Shown here: positions 10,104 to 18,230 of the stretch, piece by piece
How the letters are laid out: the number at the start of each line of letters is the position of its first letter
Position numbering within the stretch: the stretch's first letter is position 1
Assembly: GCA_038321545.1 (NCBI GenBank)
Contig: JBBQFB010000002.1
Location: forward strand, 1-56,131
DNA length: 56,131 nucleotides
From: Gaiellales bacterium
GTDB taxonomy: Bacteria > Actinomycetota > Thermoleophilia > Gaiellales > F1-60-MAGs149
Direction: 5' to 3'
The notes under the pieces: generated by a model
The model's database searches: none
What the model was told of the DNA's origin: nothing
The model's input: only the letters and a program-made list of their open reading frames with translations
Program-made: the position numbers and the translations under genes

Positions 10104-10709
10104 TCAGTCGTCCTGGCCGTCGTCGCCGCCGTGACCGCTGCCACCGTTGCCGCTGCCACCGTTGCCGTTGCCGCCGCCGCCGCCGCTGCCGCCGCCGTTG
10201 TCGTCACCGGCATCGTGGTCGGCGCCATCGTCGTTGCCGCCGCTGTGGCCGCTGCCGGAGTGATCGTCCGCGGCGTTGTCGTCGCCACCGTGGCCGCTGC
10301 CGGAGTGATCGTCACCGCTGGCGGCGTCGCCGGCCTTGCCATGGCCCGAGTTGTCCTTGGCCTGGTCATCGTCGTTGTCGTCGTTGGCCGTGCCGACGCC
10401 GGTGCAGCGCGGATCGTTGGCGTGCTCGGCCTCGTCGCACGGGCCCGAGACGTCCTCGACCGCGTCGTCATTGGTCGTCGTACCCGGATCCACAGCGGTC
10501 GTCGTGGTCTCGGTCGTGATGACCGGCTCGGTGACCACGGTCGTGGTGCCGGCCATCGTCGTCGTGACCGTGTCGGCGACCGTGGTGGTGGCCGTGATGG
10601 TCTCGGTGGCCGACTTGTCGGCCGACTGCGCGAGCGCGCCGGTGCCGAGGCCCGCAGCAAGCAGGCCGACGAGCAGGGCGACGCCGTATCCGATCTGATT
10701 TCGCTTCAT
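10104..10709 (-). CDS. exported low-complexity protein A (Sec signal; Thr-rich region; Cys pair; Asp/His/Gly/Ser-rich repeats)
   Basis: 201 aa: MKRNQIGYGVALLVGLLAAGLGTGALAQS..., then TTTVADTVTTTMAGTTTVVTEPVITTETTTTAV, then CDEAEHANDPRC, then DDHSGSGHGGDD / DDHSGSGHSGGNDD repeats. It ends GHGGDDGQDD. I recognise no family. Confidence 0.65.
   Translation of the reverse strand: MKRNQIGYGVALLVGLLAAGLGTGALAQSADKSATETITATTTVADTVTTTMAGTTTVVTEPVITTETTTTAVDPGTTTNDDAVEDVSGPCDEAEHANDPRCTGVGTANDDNDDDQAKDNSGHGKAGDAASGDDHSGSGHGGDDNAADDHSGSGHSGGNDDGADHDAGDDNGGGSGGGGGNGNGGSGNGGSGHGGDDGQDD
10245..10313. repeat. 45-bp in-frame tandem repeat inside gene A
   Basis: GTGGCCGCTGCCGGAGTGATCGTC occurs at 10245-10268 and again at 10290-10313. 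The 45-nt period equals 15 codons and encodes the DDHSGSGH units. Confidence 0.85.
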
Positions 10710-10803
10710 GTGTTCAAACCCCCGTGGTGTGCATCTCGTGCAGTTCCTACTGGCACAGCATCGCGTGGGCCCGGATAGCGAGAACCAAGCGCCGGGTTAG
10801 CGG

Positions 10804-10832
10804 TTGGTAAAGCATTCCGGCGCCGCTAGAGT
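10804..10832 (+). promoter_or_regulatory. candidate promoter giving a leaderless mRNA for the dimethylglycine-oxidase-like gene
   Basis: TTGGTA(10804-10809), 17 nt, TAGAGT(10827-10832), then 8 nt to the GTG start at 10841. Confidence 0.5.
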
Positions 10833-10840
10833 CTCGCCCC

Positions 10841-13258
10841 GTGGATCGCGCGAGGGTCGTCGTCATCGGCGGGGGCATCACCGGAGCCAGCGTCGCGTAC
10901 CACCTCGCGCGAGCTGGCTGCCGTGACGTGCTGCTGCTCGAGAAGGGCGAGCTGACGAGCGGCTCGACCTGCCAGGCGGCGGGTCTCGTCACGCAGTTCA
11001 ACCCGTCGCAGGCGATGATGCGGCTGCGCCGGTACTCGATCGAGCTCTACAACGAACTCGGGGTGTTCGAGACAGTCGGGTCGCTGCGCATCGCGGCCGG
11101 CCCGGAGAGCCTGAAGGAGTTGCAGCGCGGCCTCTCGCGCGCCCGGGGCATCGGCCTCGACGCGCAGCTGCTCGGCGCGCGCGAGGCTCGTGAGCTGATG
11201 CCCGCGGCATCGGCCGACAACCTCTATGGCGCGGTCTGGATGCCCGGCGACGGCTACCTCGACCCGCACGGTGCCACCTATGCGCTGGCCGGGGCGGCGC
11301 GCGACCTCGGCGTGCAGATCCGCACCCAGACGCGCGTCACCGGGATCGAGCTCGGCCCGGCTCGCGCTGTCCGCGCGGTGCACACCGACGCGGGTCCGGT
11401 CGAGTGCGAGATCGTCGTCAATGCCGCCGGCATCTGGGCGCCGCGGGTGTCCGCGATGGCGGGCGTGTTCACGCCGTCGATTCCCGTCGACCACCAGCAC
11501 ATCGCGCTGAAGGCCGTTCCGGGATACGAGTTGCCGCGCGACATGCCGTGCTTCCGCGACACCGACAACCTCGTCTACGGCAAGGCCGAGTCGGGCGGCG
11601 TGCTGTTCGGCGGGTACGAGGCGAACGCGCCCTCGCGCTGGGAGGACGGCGCGCCCTGGGAGCATGGTGGGCGTGCGCTGCCGGCCGACGAGGAACGGTT
11701 CGCGCAGCTGATGGCCGGGGCGGTCCGCCGCTTCCCGTTCCTCGCCGACGCGGGGGTGGCCGGACTCGTCTGCCATCCCGACGCGATGACGCCCGACGCG
11801 AACCCGCTGCTGGGACCGATGCCCGGCGTGCCCGGGTTCTGGCTGGCCGCAGGCCTGTCGCTGAACGGCTTCGGTGGCGCCGGCGGCATCGGCAAGGCGA
11901 TCGCCGAGTGGATCTGTGAGGGCGCCACCGAGGTGGACGTGTCGTCCTACCGCGCGTGGCGGTTCGGCGATACGTACCGCGACGTCGAGTTCGCGGCGGC
12001 CGCGGCGCGCGAGACGTACCGCTACTACTACCGCCTCCGCTACCCGCTCGACGCCGACGAGCTCGGCCGCCCGCAGCGCACGTCGGCGCTGTACGGACGG
12101 CTGCAGGAGCAGGGCGCCGTGTTCGGATCCAAGAACGGGTGGGAGCGCGCCGACTACCTCGAACCGGGTCGGCCGTGGCGCCGGGCCGGAGCCGACCAGC
12201 GCGTGTTCGGCTGGACCGCACCGCCGTACCTCGACCGGCTCCGCGCGGAGCACACGGCCTTCCGCGAGCGGGCCGGCATCATCGACATGACCTCGTTCGG
12301 CAAGACCGCCGTCGAGGGGCCGGGAGCGCTGGCGTTGCTGGAGCGCGCGTGCTGCAACCGCATCGACCGGCCAGTCGGGGCCGTCATCTACACGCAGATG
12401 CTCGATGAGCGCGGCGGGATCCTGGCCGACGTCACCGTCACGCGGCTCGCCGACGACCGCTTCCGCGTCGTCTCCGGCGCCGGCGCGGTGGACGCCGACC
12501 GCGGCTGGCTGGAGCACGCACGACGCCCAGGCGATGCGGCCGTCTCGATCCGCGACGTCTCGAACGACCTCTGCGTGATCGGCATCTGGGGTCCCGCCGC
12601 CCGCGAGATCCTGCGGGCCACAACGGTCGACGACGTGTCAAACGCGGCCTTCGCGTTCCGCACGGCACGCGAGATCTCGGTCGGCCCGGCACCGTTGCTC
12701 GCGCAGCGCATCACGTACGTCGGCGAGCTCGGCTACGAGCTCTACGTCGAGCCGCGCTGGGCCGTCCAGGCCCACGACGTGCTGACGGCGGCCGGTGCCC
12801 GCCACGGCCTGGAGCCCTGTGGCTACCGCTCGCTCGAGGGTCTCCGGATGGAGAAGGGCTACCGCTACTACGGCACGGATCTGACACCCGGCGACTCGCC
12901 CGACGAGGCCGGGCTGTCCTTCTGCGTCGACATGGCGACCGACTTCACGGGCCGCGCGGCGCTGGAAGATCGCCGCGCGCAGCCCGCGACCCGCCGCATC
13001 CGCACGCTGCTCGTCGGCGGCGGCGACTACCTGACCGTCTACGGCGGCGAGGCCGTCCACCACGACGGCGCAGTCGTCGGCCGCCTGCGCAGCGCGGCCT
13101 ACGGGTTCACGGTGCGGCGCAACCTCGCCTACGCCTACCTGCCGGTCGCGCTGGGGCCGGGCGACACGGTCGGCGTCGAGATCTTCGGCGAGCTGGTCGA
13201 CGCCGAGGTGGCTGACGACGTGCAGTACGACCCCGGCAACGAGAGGGTGCGCGCCTGA
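10841..13258 (+). CDS. FAD-dependent amine oxidase fused to a GcvT-type folate-binding aminomethyltransferase domain (dimethylglycine/sarcosine oxidase-dehydrogenase family)
   Basis: 805 aa. N-terminal VVVIGGGITGASVAYHLA dinucleotide fold (DAO domain); C-terminal GCV_T-like half (...FGKTAVEGPGA...GYELY...LRMEKGY...). Confidence 0.88.
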   Translation: MDRARVVVIGGGITGASVAYHLARAGCRDVLLLEKGELTSGSTCQAAGLVTQFNPSQAMMRLRRYSIELYNELGVFETVGSLRIAAGPESLKELQRGLSRARGIGLDAQLLGAREARELMPAASADNLYGAVWMPGDGYLDPHGATYALAGAARDLGVQIRTQTRVTGIELGPARAVRAVHTDAGPVECEIVVNAAGIWAPRVSAMAGVFTPSIPVDHQHIALKAVPGYELPRDMPCFRDTDNLVYGKAESGGVLFGGYEANAPSRWEDGAPWEHGGRALPADEERFAQLMAGAVRRFPFLADAGVAGLVCHPDAMTPDANPLLGPMPGVPGFWLAAGLSLNGFGGAGGIGKAIAEWICEGATEVDVSSYRAWRFGDTYRDVEFAAAAARETYRYYYRLRYPLDADELGRPQRTSALYGRLQEQGAVFGSKNGWERADYLEPGRPWRRAGADQRVFGWTAPPYLDRLRAEHTAFRERAGIIDMTSFGKTAVEGPGALALLERACCNRIDRPVGAVIYTQMLDERGGILADVTVTRLADDRFRVVSGAGAVDADRGWLEHARRPGDAAVSIRDVSNDLCVIGIWGPAAREILRATTVDDVSNAAFAFRTAREISVGPAPLLAQRITYVGELGYELYVEPRWAVQAHDVLTAAGARHGLEPCGYRSLEGLRMEKGYRYYGTDLTPGDSPDEAGLSFCVDMATDFTGRAALEDRRAQPATRRIRTLLVGGGDYLTVYGGEAVHHDGAVVGRLRSAAYGFTVRRNLAYAYLPVALGPGDTVGVEIFGELVDAEVADDVQYDPGNERVRA

Positions 13259-14460
13259 TGGCAACGTTCACGAACTGGGTCGGCAACCAGTCCTGCTCGC
13301 CCGCCGCCATCCTGTCACCTGTCTCTGAGGCTGAGGTGCAGGCAGCCGTGCGCGACGCGCGCCATGTGCGGTGCGTCGCGACGGGTCACTCGTTCACCCC
13401 GATTCACCTCACCGACGGCACGCTGCTGCGCATGGACGGCCTGCAGGGCGTGCTCGGCGTCGACGCCGCCACCGGCCGTGCGACCGCGCTGCCGGGCACG
13501 TCGGTCGCGGCGCTCGGTCTGCCGCTGTGGGAGGCCGGCTACGCGCTCGCCAACCAGGGCGACATCGACACGCAGGGCATCGCCGGCGCGATCGGCACCT
13601 GCACCCACGGTTCGGGGCTCGACCTGCAGTCGTTCTCGGCCGCGTTGCGGCGCGCGCGCCTCGTGACCGCCTCCGGTGACGTGATCGAGATCGGCCAGGA
13701 CGATCCGCGCCTGCCTGCGCTGCAAGCGTCGGTCGGCATGCTCGGCGTGATGACGGAGGTCGAGATCCAGGCCGTGCCGGCCCACCGGCTGGCCGAGCGG
13801 ATCGAGCATTGGCACTTCGACGAGGCGTTCGGACGGCTCGAGGAACTCGCGCGGGCGCACCGCCACTACTCGTTCTTCTACATCCCGACCGAGACCTCGG
13901 CTGCGCTCTACGACCTCGACACGCCGCCGGGCGCGCCCGTCGCGGACACCTGTTACGTGAAGATCTACGACCTGGCCGACGACGACCAGCCCGATTCGAC
14001 GGTCGCCGGGCGCCGCGTCGGTCGCTCGTACGAGATCTACCCGGCCGTCTTCGAACCGAACTTCCACGAGCTCGAGTACTTCGTTCCGTACACGCGGGCC
14101 GCGGAGGCGCTGGCCGCGATGCGCGAGCTGATGCTGTCGCGGCTGCCGCTGTCGATCTTCCCGATGGAGGTGCGCACCGTCGCCCGCGAGGATGCCTGGC
14201 TGTCGCACTCGTACCGGCGCGACAGCCTCGTGATCTCCGTGTCCGGGCAACCAGGCACCGACTACGAGCCGTACCTGCGCGACGTGCACGACCTGCTGGG
14301 GCTGTTCGACGCCCGCGTGCACTGGGGCAAGATCCACTATCTGACGGCGGACGAACTGCACGAGCGGTACCCGCGCGCGGCCGACTTCATCGCCCTCCGG
14401 CGCGAGCTCGATCCGGACGGCAAGTTCCTGAACGACCACCTGCGGCCGCTGTTCGCGTAG
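13258..14460 (+). CDS. FAD-linked oxidase, D-arabinono-1,4-lactone / L-gulonolactone oxidase-like
   Basis: 400 aa: TNWVGNQSC...GHSFTP...GAIGTCTHGSG, with a C-terminal ALO-type domain (HWGK...). The start overlaps the upstream stop (TGATG). Confidence 0.78.
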   Translation: MATFTNWVGNQSCSPAAILSPVSEAEVQAAVRDARHVRCVATGHSFTPIHLTDGTLLRMDGLQGVLGVDAATGRATALPGTSVAALGLPLWEAGYALANQGDIDTQGIAGAIGTCTHGSGLDLQSFSAALRRARLVTASGDVIEIGQDDPRLPALQASVGMLGVMTEVEIQAVPAHRLAERIEHWHFDEAFGRLEELARAHRHYSFFYIPTETSAALYDLDTPPGAPVADTCYVKIYDLADDDQPDSTVAGRRVGRSYEIYPAVFEPNFHELEYFVPYTRAAEALAAMRELMLSRLPLSIFPMEVRTVAREDAWLSHSYRRDSLVISVSGQPGTDYEPYLRDVHDLLGLFDARVHWGKIHYLTADELHERYPRAADFIALRRELDPDGKFLNDHLRPLFA

Positions 14461-14498
14461 AGGCTTACCCGGGCGGGGTCGGTAGCATCTCCTCCCTG

Positions 14499-15614
14499 AT
14501 GCCCGTCGAGTTTCGTGGTCACGTGCTGGCGCCCGAACCGCTCGGGCCGTGCCGCGTCGTCGTCGAGGAGGACCGGATCGCGGCGATCGAGCCGTTGCAG
14601 GATGCGCCCGAGAGCACGTGGATCGTCCCGGGCCTCGTCGACATCCAGCTGAACGGCGCGTACGGCGTCGACTTCGCAGTGCCGGACGACGTGGACGCAG
14701 CCCGGTCGCGCATCGCGGCCTCGGGCGTGACGACGTTCCTCGCAACGCTCGTCTCGGCGTCGCCGGGCGCCTACGACGCGCCGCTCGCCGCGCTCGTGCC
14801 CGACGCGACGCCGGGTCTCGCACGGCTGGCCGGCGTGCACCTCGAGGGGCCGTGGCTGTCCTCCACCTACCCGGGCGCGCACGATCCGGCAGCGCTGCGC
14901 CCACCGTCCACGGCCGAGCTGTCCGGCTTCCTCGCGCCCGGCACCGTGCGCCTCGTCACGCTGGCGCCCGAGCTGACGGGCGGCCTGTCCGCGATCCGCC
15001 GCCTGGCCGCCGCCGGAGTCACCGTCGCGGTCGGCCACACCAACGCCGACGAGGCCACCATCCGGGCGGCGCTCGACGCCGGAGCGACGCTCGGCACGCA
15101 CCTGTTCAACGCCATGCGGCCGTTCCACCACCGCGACCCGGGCGTCGCGGGAACGCTGCTCGACGCGGCCTGCGCCGTGTCGCTGATCGCCGACGGCGTG
15201 CACGTATCCGACTCCGCCCTGCGGCTGGCCTGGGCGGCGAAGGGCGCCGGGCGGTTCGTGCTCGTCTCCGACGGCGTCGCGCCGCTCGGCCTGCCTCCCG
15301 GCAGGTACCGCGTCGGTACGTGGGACGTCACCTCCGACGGCGCGGTCTGCCGGCTGGCGGGCGGCACGCTGGCGGGGTCGGCGACGCCGCTGATCGCCGG
15401 TGTCCGCCGGCTCGTGGCCTGCGGCGTGCGGTTCAACGAGGCGATCCAGGCGGCGACCGAGACGCCGGCGCGACTGGCCGGCATCGACGCCGGCCGCCTC
15501 GAGGTGGGCGGCCGTGCCGACCTGGTCGTGCTGGACGACGGGCTCCGGCCCGTGGCGGTGCTGGCGGGCGGCGTCAGCCCCCGGTTACGCCAGCCGTCGG
15601 CATCGGCTGGGTGA
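14499..15614 (+). CDS. nagA: amidohydrolase, N-acetylglucosamine-6-phosphate deacetylase-like
   Basis: 371 aa from ATG 14499 within ORF 13809..15614(+): VPGLVDIQLNGAYGVDF, HLEGPWLS, VGHTNA, HLFNAM. These are NagA-type metal-ligand motifs. Confidence 0.72.
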   Translation: MPVEFRGHVLAPEPLGPCRVVVEEDRIAAIEPLQDAPESTWIVPGLVDIQLNGAYGVDFAVPDDVDAARSRIAASGVTTFLATLVSASPGAYDAPLAALVPDATPGLARLAGVHLEGPWLSSTYPGAHDPAALRPPSTAELSGFLAPGTVRLVTLAPELTGGLSAIRRLAAAGVTVAVGHTNADEATIRAALDAGATLGTHLFNAMRPFHHRDPGVAGTLLDAACAVSLIADGVHVSDSALRLAWAAKGAGRFVLVSDGVAPLGLPPGRYRVGTWDVTSDGAVCRLAGGTLAGSATPLIAGVRRLVACGVRFNEAIQAATETPARLAGIDAGRLEVGGRADLVVLDDGLRPVAVLAGGVSPRLRQPSASAG

Positions 15615-16098
15615 CCGGTCCGCCGTCGAACCGGACGACGAGGAAGATCTCCACCGACGAGCCGTAGCCGAGGCCGGTGCAGCCGATCGCGGCGCGCGTG
15701 CCGAGGCCCCGCTGGCCGTACACCTCGACCAGCAGGTCGGTCGCGCCGTTGATGACGCGCGGCTGGTCGTTGAAGCCGGGCGCGGAGTTGACCCAGCCCG
15801 TCATCTGGACGACCTGTTGCATCCGGTCGAGGTCGCCGAGCGCGTGGTGAAGGGCCAGCAGCGCCGACAGCGCGGCGTAGCGCGCCGCCTCGTATCCCTG
15901 CTCGATTGTCAGATCGGCTCCGACGACGCCGGTCAGATACGGCAGGCCGTCACGCTCCGGCACGGTGCCGGACAGATAGAGGATCTCGCCCACGGCGAGG
16001 TGCGAGACGAACTTCGCACCCGAGGTGTCGAGGGCGTAGTTGTCGGCCAGCGGGGCCAGTGGCAGCCCCAGCTCGGCCAGGCGGCGCTCTGCATGCAT
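15574..16098 (-). CDS. RidA/YjgF-like family protein, paralog 3 (longer subfamily)
   Basis: 174 aa: ...ILYLSGTVP...DLTIEQGYEAARYAALSALLAL...QVVQMTGWVNSAPGF...TRAAIGCTGL...VEI. The 3' end overlaps the convergent nagA-like gene by 41 nt. Confidence 0.72.
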   Translation of the reverse strand: MHAERRLAELGLPLAPLADNYALDTSGAKFVSHLAVGEILYLSGTVPERDGLPYLTGVVGADLTIEQGYEAARYAALSALLALHHALGDLDRMQQVVQMTGWVNSAPGFNDQPRVINGATDLLVEVYGQRGLGTRAAIGCTGLGYGSSVEIFLVVRFDGGPVTQPMPTAGVTGG

Positions 16099-16118
16099 GC
16101 CGCCACGATACTTCCCGG

Positions 16119-16829
16119 GTGCTGTTGTTCGCCGTGGCGACCCTGCTCGCCGCCATCGCCGCGTGCGTGCAGGGAACGGTCGGCTTCGGCCTCGCCCTCA
16201 CGTCCGCGCCGCTGCTCGCGCTGCTCGACCCGGCGTTCGTGCCCGTTCCGCTACTCGTCGCGAGCTTGCCGGTGTCGCTGGCGGCGCTCGTACGCGAACG
16301 CCAGCACGCCGACGTGCACGGCGTCCTCTCGGCGTTCGCCGGCCGGGTGCCAGGAACGGCTCTCGGCGCGCTCGCGGTCGCTGCGCTGCCGGTGCTGCTC
16401 CTCCACGTCTCGATCGGTGTGCTGGTGCTGCTCGGGGTGGCGGTATCGCTCTGGGCGCCGCGGTTCGAGCCGACCCGGCGGGTGCTGGTCGGCGCCGGCG
16501 TCATCTCCGGCGTGACGGGCACGATCGCGGCCATCGGCGGCCCGCCGATCGCGCTCGTCTACCAGCACGCGACCGGGCCGACCCTCCGCGCCACGCTGGC
16601 GCTGTACTTCTCGGCCGGCACGGTGCTGTCGCTGGCCGCGCTGTGGCTGACCGGCTCGTTCGGGCACCACGAGGCGGTGCTGTCCGCGGTCCTGGTGCCG
16701 GGCACCGTCGTCGGGTTCCTCGCGTCCGGCTCGGTGCTGCGCATCGTCGACGCCGGGCGGCTGCGGCCGCTGGTACTCGGCGCCGCGGTCGTGTCGGCGA
16801 TCGTGCTGCTCGTGACCGCCCTGCTCTGA
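16119..16829 (+). CDS. TauE/SafE (DUF81) family anion exporter membrane protein
   Basis: Hydrophobic protein with about 7 TM segments within ORF 15906..16829(+). Start set at the in-frame GTG at 16119 (VLLFAVATLLAAIAACVQGTVGFG...). The start is uncertain. Confidence 0.72.
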   Translation: MLLFAVATLLAAIAACVQGTVGFGLALTSAPLLALLDPAFVPVPLLVASLPVSLAALVRERQHADVHGVLSAFAGRVPGTALGALAVAALPVLLLHVSIGVLVLLGVAVSLWAPRFEPTRRVLVGAGVISGVTGTIAAIGGPPIALVYQHATGPTLRATLALYFSAGTVLSLAALWLTGSFGHHEAVLSAVLVPGTVVGFLASGSVLRIVDAGRLRPLVLGAAVVSAIVLLVTALL

Positions 16830-16863
16830 CGGCGTCGGCTGCGGTCTGCGACGCTTCCGCGTC

Positions 16864-17742
16864 GTGCCCGTCGCTTGGCGCGTCCGGTTGGCCCTCGCCG
16901 TCACGGTGCTGATGTGGGCGGCCGCGTTCGTCGCCATCCGGGTCGGTGCGCGCGACTACGACCCCGGCCCGTTCCTGCTGCTCCGGTTCTTGATTCCGGC
17001 GATCCTGCTGGGCGCCTTGGCCGGTCGCGCGGGCAGCCTGCTGCCGCCGCGGTGGGATCGTGTCCGCGCGGTCGTGCTGGGGCTGCTGTTCGTGACCTAC
17101 ATCGGCCTGCTCGTGCTCGGCGAGGCGACCGTCGATGCCGGCACCGCCAGCATGCTTGCCGAGACCAGCCCGCTGATGACTGCCGCCCTCGCGGCGCTCC
17201 TGCTCGGCGAGCGGGCCGGCGGCTGGCTCATCTCGGGGCTGCTCGCGGGGTTCGTCGGAGCGGCGCTGATCGCGCTCGGCGAGAGCGGCGGCGTCGGGCT
17301 CGAGACGGGTGCGCTGGCGATCCTCGCCGCCGCCTTCGCCCAGGCGGCGCTGATCGTCGTCCAGCGCCCGATGCTCGAGCGGCAGTCGGCGATCGCCGTC
17401 GTGGCCCAGGCCTCGATCGTCGGCGCCGTCGTGACGCTGCCCTTCGCCGGGCAACTGGCGGACGGGATCCGCGAGGCGCCGGCGTCGGCCACGCTCTCGA
17501 TCGTGTTCGTCGCGATCACGACCGGCGCCGTGTCGTACGTGACGCTCGCGTACGCGCTCGCCCGCAGCACGTCGGCCGGCCAGGTGTCGGCGGTGCTGTA
17601 CCTGGTGCCGCCGCTGTCGGTGGCCATCTCATGGGTGGTGCTCGATGAGACGCCGGCGGCGCTCGCGATCGGGGGCGGCGCCCTGGCACTGGCCGGCGTC
17701 GCGCTCAGCCAGCGACAATGCGCAGATGCGCCAGGTCAATAG
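16864..17742 (+). CDS. EamA/DMT-superfamily transporter (10 TM)
   Basis: 292 aa: ...LALAVTVLMWAAAFVAIRVG...; two EamA-like repeats. Confidence 0.8.
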   Translation: MPVAWRVRLALAVTVLMWAAAFVAIRVGARDYDPGPFLLLRFLIPAILLGALAGRAGSLLPPRWDRVRAVVLGLLFVTYIGLLVLGEATVDAGTASMLAETSPLMTAALAALLLGERAGGWLISGLLAGFVGAALIALGESGGVGLETGALAILAAAFAQAALIVVQRPMLERQSAIAVVAQASIVGAVVTLPFAGQLADGIREAPASATLSIVFVAITTGAVSYVTLAYALARSTSAGQVSAVLYLVPPLSVAISWVVLDETPAALAIGGGALALAGVALSQRQCADAPGQ

Positions 17743-18109
17743 CGACGCCTCCGTCCGCGGCGGCACCTACTCTCACGCGGTCGTCGACGGCGATCACGTA
17801 TTCCTCGCCGGGCAGATCGCGGCCGACCGCCCCGACCCGCCGCTGCTGGGCGACATCGAGGTCGAGACACGCACGTGCATGGAGCTCATACAGGCCGTGC
17901 TGGGCGAGCTCGGACTGACGTTCGCCGACGTCGTGCGGGTCGGCGTGTTCATGACCGACCTGGGCGAATTCGAGCGGATGGATCGTGTTTACGCGTCGTT
18001 TCTGGCGCCCGGCCATGCGCCGGCCCGAACCACCGTGGGCGTCGCGCAGATCCTGTTCGGCTGCCTCGTCGAGATCGACTGCGTCGCCCGGTTGGCGACA
18101 GCGGGCTGA
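17726..18109 (+). CDS. RidA family protein, paralog 4
   Basis: 127 aa from ATG 17726 within ORF 17645..18109(+): ...YSHAVVDGDHVFLAGQIA...VRVGVFMTDLGEFERMDRVYASFL...PARTTVGV...VEIDCVA. Confidence 0.85.
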   Translation: MRQVNSDASVRGGTYSHAVVDGDHVFLAGQIAADRPDPPLLGDIEVETRTCMELIQAVLGELGLTFADVVRVGVFMTDLGEFERMDRVYASFLAPGHAPARTTVGVAQILFGCLVEIDCVARLATAG

Positions 18110-18230
18110 CAGCCTGCGGCCGGTATGCACGGTGCGGCGACGCACGGTATGCTCTCTCGGCCGCCGCGTCCGGAGGGACGTGCGGTATGGGTGTGAGGGC
18201 CCGTCGGGCCCGCAACTGGAGGAGGAGATC

